Shown here: positions 43,066 through 52,734 of the stretch, in pieces
Numbering within the stretch: the first letter of the stretch is position 1
How the letters are laid out: each line of letters opens with the position of its first letter
Origin: an uncultured bacterium
GTDB lineage: Bacteria > Fidelibacterota > JAANXI01
Reading direction: 5' to 3'
NCBI GenBank assembly: GCA_964413425.1
Contig: CAYPST010000007.1
Location: 10,987 to 74,986, forward strand
DNA length: 64,000 bases
Translations under genes and position numbers: made by a program
The notes under the pieces: model-generated
Seen by the model: only the letters and a program-made list of their open reading frames with translations
What the model was told of the DNA's origin: nothing
The model's database searches: none

Positions 43066-44730
43066 TCACTGAGCGGTGTCCACGAAGCCGAGCTGTTCGA
43101 AGTACGTGGTCTCGTTTTGCAGTACATCAAGTGCTCTTTGGATGGTTTCATCATAGGAAATATTTATCTCAATTCGCGCCTTATTGCCGCCATAGACATT
43201 CGCCATTTCCTGCCCCAGACTCCGGCGTATCCAATATTGGGTATTCGATTGTTGTTTCCAATGATTCCGCTCTTCCAGGTAATGAGCGATTTCTGCCCTG
43301 GCGTCAGTCAATCCGTTCTGTGCAAACTCTGCAGAGTCCACAGAAGCGACAAACTCATCGAATAACTGAGCACTCCTGGTCTTATAGGTAAATCCCCGGT
43401 GGTCCAGGTAATTGATAAAATTGTCTTTTATCGCTGCCGTGATATCAAACGGCCATTCCCGTTCCGAGTGGCGGTTGCGAAATTCCACTGCATATTGAAA
43501 GAAATGGTTTTTCGCCCACATGAGTTGAACCGGTTCGGGCATGGTATCCTTCTCAATAATGATATCCGGTGTAATTCCGCCGCCACCGTATACGGGACGT
43601 TTGTTATGGGTATAATAAACACTGTCTCGCTCAAGGTCTACTTCGATCACCTCCCGGTTGAAATAATCTTCTTTCTGAATCAATCTCCCGCTGGGAATAT
43701 AATATTTCGCCGTGGTGATTTTTATGGACGCATCCCTGCTTATTGGCAAAACCGATTGTACCAGACCTTTCCCGAATGTTTCTTTGCCAATGATGACGGC
43801 CCGGTCCAGATCCTGTAAAATGCCTGCCACAATTTCACTGGCAGACGCCGATCCGTTATTGACCAGTATGGCCATGGGAATATCCGTTGAGATTATTGGC
43901 CGGGTTTGGGCATGAAAGACCTTATTTACCTTCTCGGTCCTGCCTTTCGTCGAGAGGATTTCCGCACCCTCGTCTACGAATAAATCCGCCACCTTGAGTG
44001 CCGTGGAAAGTAACCCACCGGGATTATCCCGAAGGTCAAGAATGAGGGACTGGATATTCTCCTCACCAATTTTCTGAATAGCCGCTGTGAGTTCATCTGC
44101 TGAATTCTTTGAGAATGACGTAATCTTGAGATAGGCTATGCCATCGGAAATCAGATCTGCGTAGGCCAGATCGTGAATAACGATGTTCTCTCTCTCCAAC
44201 GCGAATGGAATGCGATCCATAATTCCCGGACGAATCACGGTGATAGTCACCAGAGTACCGGGCTTGCCTCGCATAATGCTGGCGGCTTCGGAAAGGCGCA
44301 TTTCGATCGTGTTGAGGGTATCTATCTGGATAATGCGGTCCCCGGATTTCACGCCCGCACGGGCAGCCGGGCCCCCTTCCATGGGCGCAATCACTGTCAG
44401 GGTATCGTTCCGGACCCCGAGACGGATCCCGACACCACCGTATTCGCCTTCAGTCAAGGTTTGGATCCCCTGCCGATCCTCCTTCTCAAGATAGACGGTA
44501 TACGGATCGAGTTCATTCAGCATCCCGTTAATACCTGCTTCGATGAGGGCTTCCGGATTAACCTGATCCACATAATTCACGACGAGTTTCTTGTATAATT
44601 CATTGAAAAGCTTCAGCTGTGTACTGATATCCCGATAATAATCCGCGAAGGCGAAATACGCTACACCAAACGTGAGAGTAATTATCGACAGGACGGCAAT
44701 TACGCCCCGATTTCGAAATTTTCTATTCAT
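43066..44730 (-). CDS. S41-family carboxyl-terminal processing protease (CtpA/Prc-like)
   Basis: LDPYT, PDZ domain, LDLRDNPGGLL, SASASEIVAG and TFGKGLVQ; the ATG at 44730 overlaps the tmk stop. Confidence 0.95.
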   Translation of the reverse strand: MNRKFRNRGVIAVLSIITLTFGVAYFAFADYYRDISTQLKLFNELYKKLVVNYVDQVNPEALIEAGINGMLNELDPYTVYLEKEDRQGIQTLTEGEYGGVGIRLGVRNDTLTVIAPMEGGPAARAGVKSGDRIIQIDTLNTIEMRLSEAASIMRGKPGTLVTITVIRPGIMDRIPFALERENIVIHDLAYADLISDGIAYLKITSFSKNSADELTAAIQKIGEENIQSLILDLRDNPGGLLSTALKVADLFVDEGAEILSTKGRTEKVNKVFHAQTRPIISTDIPMAILVNNGSASASEIVAGILQDLDRAVIIGKETFGKGLVQSVLPISRDASIKITTAKYYIPSGRLIQKEDYFNREVIEVDLERDSVYYTHNKRPVYGGGGITPDIIIEKDTMPEPVQLMWAKNHFFQYAVEFRNRHSEREWPFDITAAIKDNFINYLDHRGFTYKTRSAQLFDEFVASVDSAEFAQNGLTDARAEIAHYLEERNHWKQQSNTQYWIRRSLGQEMANVYGGNKARIEINISYDETIQRALDVLQNETTYFEQLGFVDTAQ

Positions 44731-45377
44731 CGTGTCACCACTCTTTTGGATTGTTTGAGCCGTTGCATTACCTCTTTCCAAATGGCTTCGTGCAGGAGTT
44801 CAATCGACTGCTCGCCCCGAAGTAAAACGACGCGATCCGCTGACTCTTTTGCAATTCTGCGATATCCTTCTCGTACACGCATTTTGAACCGTCTGGTCTC
44901 CCCTTCTAATCTATCAGGAGATTGATTATTCTGCAAGGAGCGGTTTTGAGCCGTGTTCATAGCAACGTCAATTATAAACGTGATATCCGGGAGAATGTTC
45001 TGAGTTGCCCGCAGATTTGTCCGCTGAATAAATGTTTTGTCTACCCCGCGCCCGAATCCCTGGTATGCGAGCGAAGAATCGATATATCTGTCACAGATGA
45101 TCACCTTTCCCCTGTCCAGTGCGGGTTTGATTTTCTCAGACACCAGCTGTGCCCGGCTGGCGGCATACAAGAGAAATTCCGTGGTCGCCGCCATCCCCGT
45201 GTGTTGAGTATCAAGAAGGATGGTGCGGATCTGCTCCGAAAGATCGGTGCCCCCCGGTTCTCTGACAATCAGTGACGAATACCCTTCGCGTATGAACCGA
45301 TCATACAGCATGGTGGCCTGGGTCGATTTCCCGGACCCATCAACACCTTCAAAACTCACAAAGAACCCTGAATTCAT
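44727..45377 (-). CDS. tmk: Thymidylate kinase
   Basis: FEGVDGSGKSTQ, REPGGT and DRYIDSSLAYQG. Confidence 0.98.
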   Translation of the reverse strand: MNSGFFVSFEGVDGSGKSTQATMLYDRFIREGYSSLIVREPGGTDLSEQIRTILLDTQHTGMAATTEFLLYAASRAQLVSEKIKPALDRGKVIICDRYIDSSLAYQGFGRGVDKTFIQRTNLRATQNILPDITFIIDVAMNTAQNRSLQNNQSPDRLEGETRRFKMRVREGYRRIAKESADRVVLLRGEQSIELLHEAIWKEVMQRLKQSKRVVTR

Positions 45378-45454
45378 ATCCGGGCAGACATCTGATTCAT
45401 TATCGTCATATTCGTACTAAAATGTAGTAATTCTTTGGGAAAATGCACGGAAAA

Positions 45455-46117
45455 TTATGTTGCACCGGCGAGAACGATCACAAACTCTCCTTTCACCGGG
45501 TGGTGCTCGTAATACTCCAACACTTCAGAACACGTCCCTCGGACGAATTCCTCGAATTTCTTGGTGAGTTCTCGACCGATCACCACCTGACGATCTCCAA
45601 AATATTCTCGAATATCCTGTAAGGTTCGTTGTATCCGATACGGGGACTCATAAATAATGATGGTTCGGGATTCGCTGCTTAGTTCGGTCAGACGGGTATG
45701 GCGCCCTTTCTTCTTCGGCAGAAATCCCTCGAAGACCCATCGATCGGTGGGCAGACCGGAGCTGACCAGTGCTGAGACCGAAGCAGTAGGACCTGGAATC
45801 GGAATGACCCGGACGGCATTCCGTATCGCCTCCCGGACGAGGTAAAACGCCGGATCACTCACGCCCGGAGTGCCTGCCTCGCTGACAATCGCAATATTTT
45901 TCCCTGCCACCAACTGATCTATGATCTCCGGGGTTTTTTGCTCTTTATTAAAGTCATGATAGCTGGTCATGGGCGTATCAATGTGATATTCCGACAGCAG
46001 AATGCCGGTCTTCCGGGTATCCTCTGCGGCGATAAGATCGACCTCACCGAGGATCCGAACCGCCCGGAAGGTGATGTCTTCAAGATTTCCGATGGGTGTT
46101 GCGATAATATAGAGCAT
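45455..46117 (-). CDS. rsmI: 16S rRNA C1402 2'-O-methyltransferase
   Basis: LYIIATPIGNLEDIT.RA, AEDTR, YESPYR and RELTKKFEE. Confidence 0.97.
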   Translation of the reverse strand: MLYIIATPIGNLEDITFRAVRILGEVDLIAAEDTRKTGILLSEYHIDTPMTSYHDFNKEQKTPEIIDQLVAGKNIAIVSEAGTPGVSDPAFYLVREAIRNAVRVIPIPGPTASVSALVSSGLPTDRWVFEGFLPKKKGRHTRLTELSSESRTIIIYESPYRIQRTLQDIREYFGDRQVVIGRELTKKFEEFVRGTCSEVLEYYEHHPVKGEFVIVLAGAT

Positions 46118-46236
46118 AGAGGCTCTCTTTTCCTGTGTCTCTCCGGGACTCTTTTATAAACACTCTCATTCCTGAATATTTCCAGACAGGCCTCCAGTGA
46201 TCTCTATCCATGAGTGCATCATGATGAGCATTATTG

Positions 46237-47550
46237 TCAGAGTTCCGATAAAGCTCGGTCTATAATACGCATCCCGGTATCGATCTCTTCTCTTCCGATA
46301 TTCAAATGCGGCCGGAATCGGATAGTTCGGGTACCACATCCCAGCATAAGGGCACCATGTTTCCGAATCAATTGGAGCAGCCGATCTCGCTCTTCGGGAG
46401 TTGAGAGGTCGAATGCACACATCAGGCCCCGCCCCCGCGCGTTCGAGACTATCCGGGGATACTGTGCCTGGACTTCCAGAATTTTCTGCAGCAGGTACTC
46501 CCCCTGCTCTGCGGCCTTTCCCACTGATCCTTCCTCAGCAATCACTTCCAGATACATAATCATACGAACCATATCTACCAGATTGCCTCCCCAGGTGGAA
46601 TTCAACCGGTTCGATTCGTGAAACACATTCCGTTCGACCTCATCGATGCGTTCCGAACACATGAAGCCACAGACTTGCGTTTTTTTCCCGAATGCGATCA
46701 TATCCGGCGTAACCGAAAAATGCTCATAAGCCCAGAATTTCCCCGTTAATCCTACCCCGGTTTGAATTTCATCCAGGATAAACATGATTTCCGCTTCGTC
46801 GCAAATGGTCCGGAGTGCGTACATGAATTCCGCCCGGAAATGATTATCACCGCCTTCGCCCTGAATCGGTTCAATGATTAAAGCGGCTATGCGATCCGGA
46901 TTGTCGTGAATGGCCGCTTTAATCTCATTGATTGCCTGTTTTTCCAATGATCGCACCCGTGCCAGATTCTCTCCCAGGGGAAACGTGATCTTGGGATTGG
47001 GGATTCGCGGCCAGGAGAATTGCGGAAAATACTGGGTTTTGCGAATATCCGGGGAATCTGTGATAGAAAGTGTATAGCCGGTACGGCCATGAAAAGCCTG
47101 TTTAAAATGAACGACCTGCAGATTCACCTCTGCAGACTGCCCCCGGACAAGCCGTTTACGCATTTTCCAGTCGAAGGCCGCTTTCAGGGCATTCTCAACT
47201 GCGAGACCTCCGCCACTGATGAAAAAAAGATAGGAAAAGTGATCCGGTTTTGCGATACGTGCGAATGTCTCTACAAAATCCGCCATCTGGGTGGAGTAAA
47301 TATCAGAGTTCGATGGTTTGTGTACTGCGGCCACAGCAAGCTCAGCCCTTCTCGAGAGCACCCGGGGATGATTCCAGCCAACAGGCATACTGGCAACGCA
47401 GGAAAAAAGATCAAGGTATTCTCGCTCGCTGATGGGATCGTAGATCCAGCTGCCATGGCTTTTCTCGAGATCCACAATCTGGTCGAATCCGTCGGCCAAC
47501 ATATACCGGGACAGCACATCATGCACATTGTCTGGCGGGGTCAATGACAT
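46237..47550 (-). CDS. lat: L-lysine 6-transaminase (class III aminotransferase)
   Basis: HKPSNSDIY, LAVENALKAAFDWK, EPIQGEGGD, AFGKKTQVCG and STWGGNLVDMVR. Confidence 0.9.
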   Translation of the reverse strand: MSLTPPDNVHDVLSRYMLADGFDQIVDLEKSHGSWIYDPISEREYLDLFSCVASMPVGWNHPRVLSRRAELAVAAVHKPSNSDIYSTQMADFVETFARIAKPDHFSYLFFISGGGLAVENALKAAFDWKMRKRLVRGQSAEVNLQVVHFKQAFHGRTGYTLSITDSPDIRKTQYFPQFSWPRIPNPKITFPLGENLARVRSLEKQAINEIKAAIHDNPDRIAALIIEPIQGEGGDNHFRAEFMYALRTICDEAEIMFILDEIQTGVGLTGKFWAYEHFSVTPDMIAFGKKTQVCGFMCSERIDEVERNVFHESNRLNSTWGGNLVDMVRMIMYLEVIAEEGSVGKAAEQGEYLLQKILEVQAQYPRIVSNARGRGLMCAFDLSTPEERDRLLQLIRKHGALMLGCGTRTIRFRPHLNIGREEIDTGMRIIDRALSEL

Positions 47551-47858
47551 CAGAACACTCCTTATTTCATAAGAAGATCGTTAGCAGCTTTCCGGGAGCT
47601 AAAAATTATGGAGGCGAAACGCGGACTACGTCATCCCAAAGTACCAGCGGTAGGATAATATTTTTATGATTAAAAGAGACGTTGTTTCTTTGTTATCGAT
47701 CACGCATGTATCCTGCACAGAGAAGCAGAAATTTTATCCCATTTAGAGTGCTTTCCGGATCCGGCAACGCATACACCCTTCTTTTTCAGGCGAACCAACT
47801 TAAGCAATGGCCCAATATCATCGCCAGGAAAGAATTCCATGACACAAGGAACATGCGG

Positions 47859-48299
47859 TTATGACTCCTCGGCTTGCAGCGCCCGGCCGATTCGAGCGAG
47901 CAAGTCATCGCCTGACTCCCGTTCAATGAGCGGGAACACTTCTCGCTCCTCAAGACGGATATGATCCTGCAGCACTGAGCCAAGCCGATTCAGGACTCCG
48001 GCGGCCGGGGCCTCCTGCAGCAGAAGGACATCCCGTCGAATAATCACATGCTGTTTCAGCATCTCCAGAATGGAGTCCGAAAGGCTGACTCCTGTTCTGG
48101 CGAATAGAGGAAGAAGAATTTGTTCTTCTTTTCGGAAATGGGGGTTGATTTCGGAATGCCAGACCGGCATAAATGCATCAACAAGATCCTGCGTTTCATC
48201 AGCGGATATCTCTTCCCGGACATTGCGAAACCGTCTTGACCAGATAAGTCCCTGATGATGTTCGTCTGAGAGCGGTACCAGGGCTTCATGCCGCTTCAT
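47859..48299 (-). CDS. Hemerythrin-like domain protein
   Basis: MKRHEALVPLSDEHH, HFRKEE and HIRLEEREVFP motifs. Confidence 0.85.
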   Translation of the reverse strand: MKRHEALVPLSDEHHQGLIWSRRFRNVREEISADETQDLVDAFMPVWHSEINPHFRKEEQILLPLFARTGVSLSDSILEMLKQHVIIRRDVLLLQEAPAAGVLNRLGSVLQDHIRLEEREVFPLIERESGDDLLARIGRALQAEES

Positions 48300-49411
48300 T
48301 ACACCTGCACCCGTCGATCGAATTGCCGGAGCATTTCATCGTTGGAACTGGTTTTTTCAATCAAATTCAGCAGCGTTTCCAGGGCTTCTCTGGGGCTGTA
48401 CCGACTCAATTCCCGCCGGAGTCGCTGATGTGCGGTCGTCATTTTGCCGAACAGTTTCTCCTCCTGGCGGGTGCCGGATTCCAGGATATTCACCGCCGGA
48501 AATATTCGCTGCTCTGCCAGGGCGCGATCCAGTACCAGTTCCATATTGCCGGTGCCTTTGAATTCTTCAAAAATGTAATCGTCCATTCGACTGTTCGTTT
48601 CGACTAATGCGGTGGCGATAATAGTCAGAGACCCTTCGTCTTCAATTTTCCGGGCGGCTCCAAACAAGGCGCGGGGAAATTCCATTGCCCGGATATCAAT
48701 ACCGCCGGTCATGGTTCGCCCGGAACTTTTCTGGGCCGCATTCGCTGCACGTCCAAGGCGGGTCAGCGAATCCACCAGCATCACCACATCTTCTCCCAGT
48801 TCTGCTTTCCGTTTGGCATAGCCAAGCGTGAGCTCTGCTACTCGAATGTGATTCTGCGTGGTTTGATCTTTGGAGCTGGCGAAGACCTCCCCTTTGACCG
48901 ATCGCACCATATCCGTAACCTCCTCCGGTCGCTCATCCACCAGCAAGACTATCAGCCGGACTTCCGGATGATTCCTGGCAATGGATTTGGCGATATTTTT
49001 CAACAACACTGTCTTTCCTCCACGAGGAGGCGCAACGATTAGAGACCGCTGCCCCTTTCCTATCGGCGAGATAGCATCGATGATTCTTCCTGTTTTATCC
49101 TTCGGACTGCGTTCCATCCTAAAGGATTCAATCGGCGAAATCGGCGTGCCTTCGCTGAACCGCCGAATGAAGCGCCACTCATCGACCGGAACACCATTGA
49201 CCGTGAAAACCGATTTCACCTGCAAACCACTTTCGCGGCCGGGTTCTGTATCACCAGTGACCCGGCACCCCTGCCGAAGCTCGTTATCCAGTATGATATT
49301 CGGTGCCACGAAGATATCATCATTGGTTCGCCGCCAATCCAGCGACTTTTGCCTGATAAAACCGTACCCCCGATCTTCCATTTCCAGTATCCCTTCAAAT
49401 TCCTCACTCAA
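48299..49411 (-). CDS. rho: Transcription termination factor Rho, short form
   Basis: GYGFIR RNP1-like motif, PIGKGQRSLIVAPPRGGKT, DERPEEVTD and EEFKGTGNMEL; TTG start after GGAGG. Confidence 0.93.
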   Translation of the reverse strand: MSEEFEGILEMEDRGYGFIRQKSLDWRRTNDDIFVAPNIILDNELRQGCRVTGDTEPGRESGLQVKSVFTVNGVPVDEWRFIRRFSEGTPISPIESFRMERSPKDKTGRIIDAISPIGKGQRSLIVAPPRGGKTVLLKNIAKSIARNHPEVRLIVLLVDERPEEVTDMVRSVKGEVFASSKDQTTQNHIRVAELTLGYAKRKAELGEDVVMLVDSLTRLGRAANAAQKSSGRTMTGGIDIRAMEFPRALFGAARKIEDEGSLTIIATALVETNSRMDDYIFEEFKGTGNMELVLDRALAEQRIFPAVNILESGTRQEEKLFGKMTTAHQRLRRELSRYSPREALETLLNLIEKTSSNDEMLRQFDRRVQV

Positions 49412-49828
49412 TGCAACTATCCTCCATTCTACTTTATGATTTGTTCATTTTTGCCATGCAACGTGACAATACTATTTTCCAGCATCGTCCCTGAACACTG
49501 GCCTCCGGATCACTCTGCAAAACACAGCCCGCTTCAATTAAAAGATGAGCCCGACGGGTGGCTGAAACAGAGAATCTCCCGGTGCGATGCCGGAACACAA
49601 CTGCGGAAGTCTGTGGTACCAGTTATCATTTGTGTGCTATGGCTCTCAGATTTATGAATGATTCAGACAATAACGCAATTGTATTACATCAGGAAGGTTG
49701 ATAAACCGAGATCATCTGTGGTTGTGAATATCTATATTCGTTCTTCCCAATTCATCGGAGTTTAATAAATCCAATAAATGTATAAAGATTTATTTTAAAA
49801 ATAAACCACCGATTGGTCGTATTGTTGT

Positions 49829-52027
49829 TTACCATATGATAGTTAATTTTCTGACTTCCTGCCGATTTCCCTTTCGAACTACAAAGAGATACATACCACT
49901 ACTCACACGCATCCCGTGCTTATTTGTTCCATTCCATTGGACGCTGAACGGTCGGTTCGGTTCGAGAACCGGTCTGTCATAAATGCGTTTTACTTGTTGT
50001 CCAAGGATATTCAACACATCAACCAGGACATCACCGGGTTCCTGAAACACCAGAATTAACGAAATAGTGTTCCCGTGTTTTTCACTGGACATAATCCAGG
50101 GATTGTGGCGCCAGGCGTACGAATCCCTGATGTGCGTGCCGGTGTCCGGGTAGGCGATCTGCAGCCGCATCTTCCAATTTGCGTCGAGGGTTCCGCCACC
50201 CTTTAAAGTCAAGCGGGATAATTGACGAAATTCTGTTTCGTCTTTAAACCGATAGAAGCTGTTGCCGGTGCCTGCGGTCAGGGAATCGAATGCCACGGCG
50301 TTCCTATCTGATTGTACCTGCACACTAACGTTGGTGAACCCCTGTCCCACCTGCTGCGGCTGCCAGGTATTCCAGCCCGGAGTCGGATTTCGTAACCGAA
50401 TGCTGTCTAGTAACACCCCTCGGAGTGAATCTCTTAAACTTAAGGTGACCGGTGCGTTGTTTGACAGATTCACTTCAGCCTGCAGAATTTGCGTATTGAG
50501 GTTCGGCAGGTCAAAGACAGTGGCAGCGGTTCCTTCGTTTAATAATAAATAAGTATTGACAGTTTCTCCGGAGCTGTAATCCAGTGTTTCGACAACCTGT
50601 CCGCCGGATCCGAAGAGACTCAGTGTATAGTTGCCTGATATGGTTCCGGAAGGATCCTGGGGCGCATACAGAATCATCCAGGCATTGTCGTAAAGGGTAT
50701 ATCTTGAAAAGTCGGGGCCGTCACCATTGACGTTATTTTTCGACACGATGTCATACTCGCTGCCATCCGAAAGCAGCAGCACAGCATTCATATACAACGG
50801 GGTATCGCCACTGTTCAGCAGGGGAGGATTGATCTCCGCATCCGAGATCATGCCATCGTAGAGCCGGACATAGGAAGCGGCGTAATTTTTTATCACGCTG
50901 CTCTTATCGATGGCAGGGAATTGAGAAATGGTCAGCGCCGGTTCAGCGGACGGGACACTGAAGTCTCCGTAATGATATTCGGGGACGCCTTCCGGCAGAT
51001 AATTATGCCCTGCATTCGCAATAACCCAATTGGTGAACACCTCATCAAAAGAAACAAAAATATTCTCAGATTCGAAGAACGCTCTTTCCAATCCGCTGAC
51101 CCCCTGCCCGTCTTCTCCGCCGGTCTGGACGACAGTCCGTAAAAGATCTTCTCCGTACTGCACATAGAGATAGAATGTCCACAGCCCCACTTTCGCATAG
51201 TCATTTATGACGTCTTCTGCCTCGTAATCGAAATGAGTTAGTGTCCGGGTGGGGTTCGAGAGGAAATGCGAAAAGCTCCGTGCCCGGAGCCCGAACAGAT
51301 GAGCGGTGACTTCCGACATCCCTTCGTTCACCCAGATTTCTTCCTGAGGGTCCGCCCCATAATGCAGTAAATGCTGGAGTTCGTGCGCCGCCGTGGTAAT
51401 GGTTTGTTCAAAGTCTTGGCTTAGTCCCGGATCGGTGTCAATATACAGGATGTTTGCATGATTATCTGAGCCGCCTTCTCCTTTTGGAATCTGATCCAAC
51501 GGATCAAAATACCCGGCTATGTAATTGCCGCCGGTTTCCGGGTCGTAGGTGTCCTGAATATCCAGGAGAAGAATATAAACTTTCCCTTGATTCCTCACGT
51601 CGCCGGGTGGTTCCCCGAACAGTTCTATTTCATTATAATAAAAGCCCTGCTCCTGGTTGTATAAGCCATTGGGGGTGCTCTCAAACATCCTGGTTTTCAA
51701 TTCTTCAATCAGGTTTTGAACTTTTTCCGTACCGAGGTCCTCTAATTCATCCCTTCCGACAAAAAAGATCGCCTCGGTATATAAGGAATCAAAGGGCACG
51801 AATGCTTTTCCTTCGAATTCCGGGTCATCGGCTTTTAAATCCTTCCTGATATTAAATACCAAGTCAGTTTCCGCAGGCTTTTCCAGCAAGGGAATATGCA
51901 CCACCGACTCCACCGGCCGGTTGGTGAACGGGAAACCGCACACGGGTTCCTGGGCGGAAATTCGACCGAGCGGCAGAACACTCAGTACTATCAAAACCAG
52001 GATTGCAGGCAGGGTATATTTTGTCAC
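49829..52027 (-). CDS. Secreted zinc metallopeptidase (HEXXH) with a FlgD-Ig/T9SS-type C-terminal domain
   Basis: Signal peptide, AGYF, AHELQHLLH and WVNEGMSE; C-terminal NILGQQVK...WNGTNKHGMRVSSGMY...KLTII. Confidence 0.8.
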   Translation of the reverse strand: MTKYTLPAILVLIVLSVLPLGRISAQEPVCGFPFTNRPVESVVHIPLLEKPAETDLVFNIRKDLKADDPEFEGKAFVPFDSLYTEAIFFVGRDELEDLGTEKVQNLIEELKTRMFESTPNGLYNQEQGFYYNEIELFGEPPGDVRNQGKVYILLLDIQDTYDPETGGNYIAGYFDPLDQIPKGEGGSDNHANILYIDTDPGLSQDFEQTITTAAHELQHLLHYGADPQEEIWVNEGMSEVTAHLFGLRARSFSHFLSNPTRTLTHFDYEAEDVINDYAKVGLWTFYLYVQYGEDLLRTVVQTGGEDGQGVSGLERAFFESENIFVSFDEVFTNWVIANAGHNYLPEGVPEYHYGDFSVPSAEPALTISQFPAIDKSSVIKNYAASYVRLYDGMISDAEINPPLLNSGDTPLYMNAVLLLSDGSEYDIVSKNNVNGDGPDFSRYTLYDNAWMILYAPQDPSGTISGNYTLSLFGSGGQVVETLDYSSGETVNTYLLLNEGTAATVFDLPNLNTQILQAEVNLSNNAPVTLSLRDSLRGVLLDSIRLRNPTPGWNTWQPQQVGQGFTNVSVQVQSDRNAVAFDSLTAGTGNSFYRFKDETEFRQLSRLTLKGGGTLDANWKMRLQIAYPDTGTHIRDSYAWRHNPWIMSSEKHGNTISLILVFQEPGDVLVDVLNILGQQVKRIYDRPVLEPNRPFSVQWNGTNKHGMRVSSGMYLFVVRKGNRQEVRKLTIIW

Positions 52028-52029
52028 GT

Positions 52030-52728
52030 CTATAGAAACTGGTTCGTGAAGTTATTAATCGCTTCCTCTTTGCCAACGATGATCAGAATCGTGTTTTCCT
52101 CCAGCGCTGTTCCGCCGTGTGGTATTGCTACTTTCGTTACCTCCTCGACAGACTCCTTATCATCGTCCTGTGTCACCACTTTTTCATTGATGCTGATCAC
52201 ATTCACCTGATAATTTCGGCGCAAATCGATTTCAGATAAGCTCTTTCCGATGAATTCCTCCGGTGTTTCCACCCGGATCATCTTATAATCCTCAGTCACC
52301 TCCAGATAATCTACCAGGTGAGGTTTGAGCAGCCGGTGGGCTGTTTTCCGGCCGATCTCGTCTTCCGGAGAAATGATCTCATCTGCGCCGATGCGCTCCA
52401 GTATGCGCCGGTGGATGGGATTGGCGGCCCGGGTGATGACCTTCCCGATCCCCATTTGCTTCAGGTATGCCGCTGTCAGGAGGTTGGCTTCGAAATTTTC
52501 CCCGATGGCCACCACGGCAGCATCCATATCCTTCAGTCCCAGGGACCGGAGCGAGGCCGGATCGGTGGAATCCAGTTTCACGGAATAGGCAACGTAGTCG
52601 TGGATTTCTTCGACTTTTTCCATGTCGGCATCCACGGCAATGACTTCCGCTCCTTCCTGCGCCAGGGTCAGGGCGACCTGCCGTCCGAATACCCCCAAAC
52701 CTATTACCACAAATTTCGCCATTCCCAT
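52030..52728 (-). CDS. Ktr/Trk potassium uptake RCK subunit (KtrA-like)
   Basis: FVVIGLGVFG, DAAVVAIGE, IGADEIISPE and TrkA-C region. Confidence 0.92.
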   Translation of the reverse strand: MGMAKFVVIGLGVFGRQVALTLAQEGAEVIAVDADMEKVEEIHDYVAYSVKLDSTDPASLRSLGLKDMDAAVVAIGENFEANLLTAAYLKQMGIGKVITRAANPIHRRILERIGADEIISPEDEIGRKTAHRLLKPHLVDYLEVTEDYKMIRVETPEEFIGKSLSEIDLRRNYQVNVISINEKVVTQDDDKESVEEVTKVAIPHGGTALEENTILIIVGKEEAINNFTNQFL

Positions 52729-52734
52729 TTCTCC

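Noticed and set aside
46152-46167. TTTTATAAACACTCTC resembling a MITE right end
   Set aside because: No partner end or TSD found; could be a solo remnant or chance.
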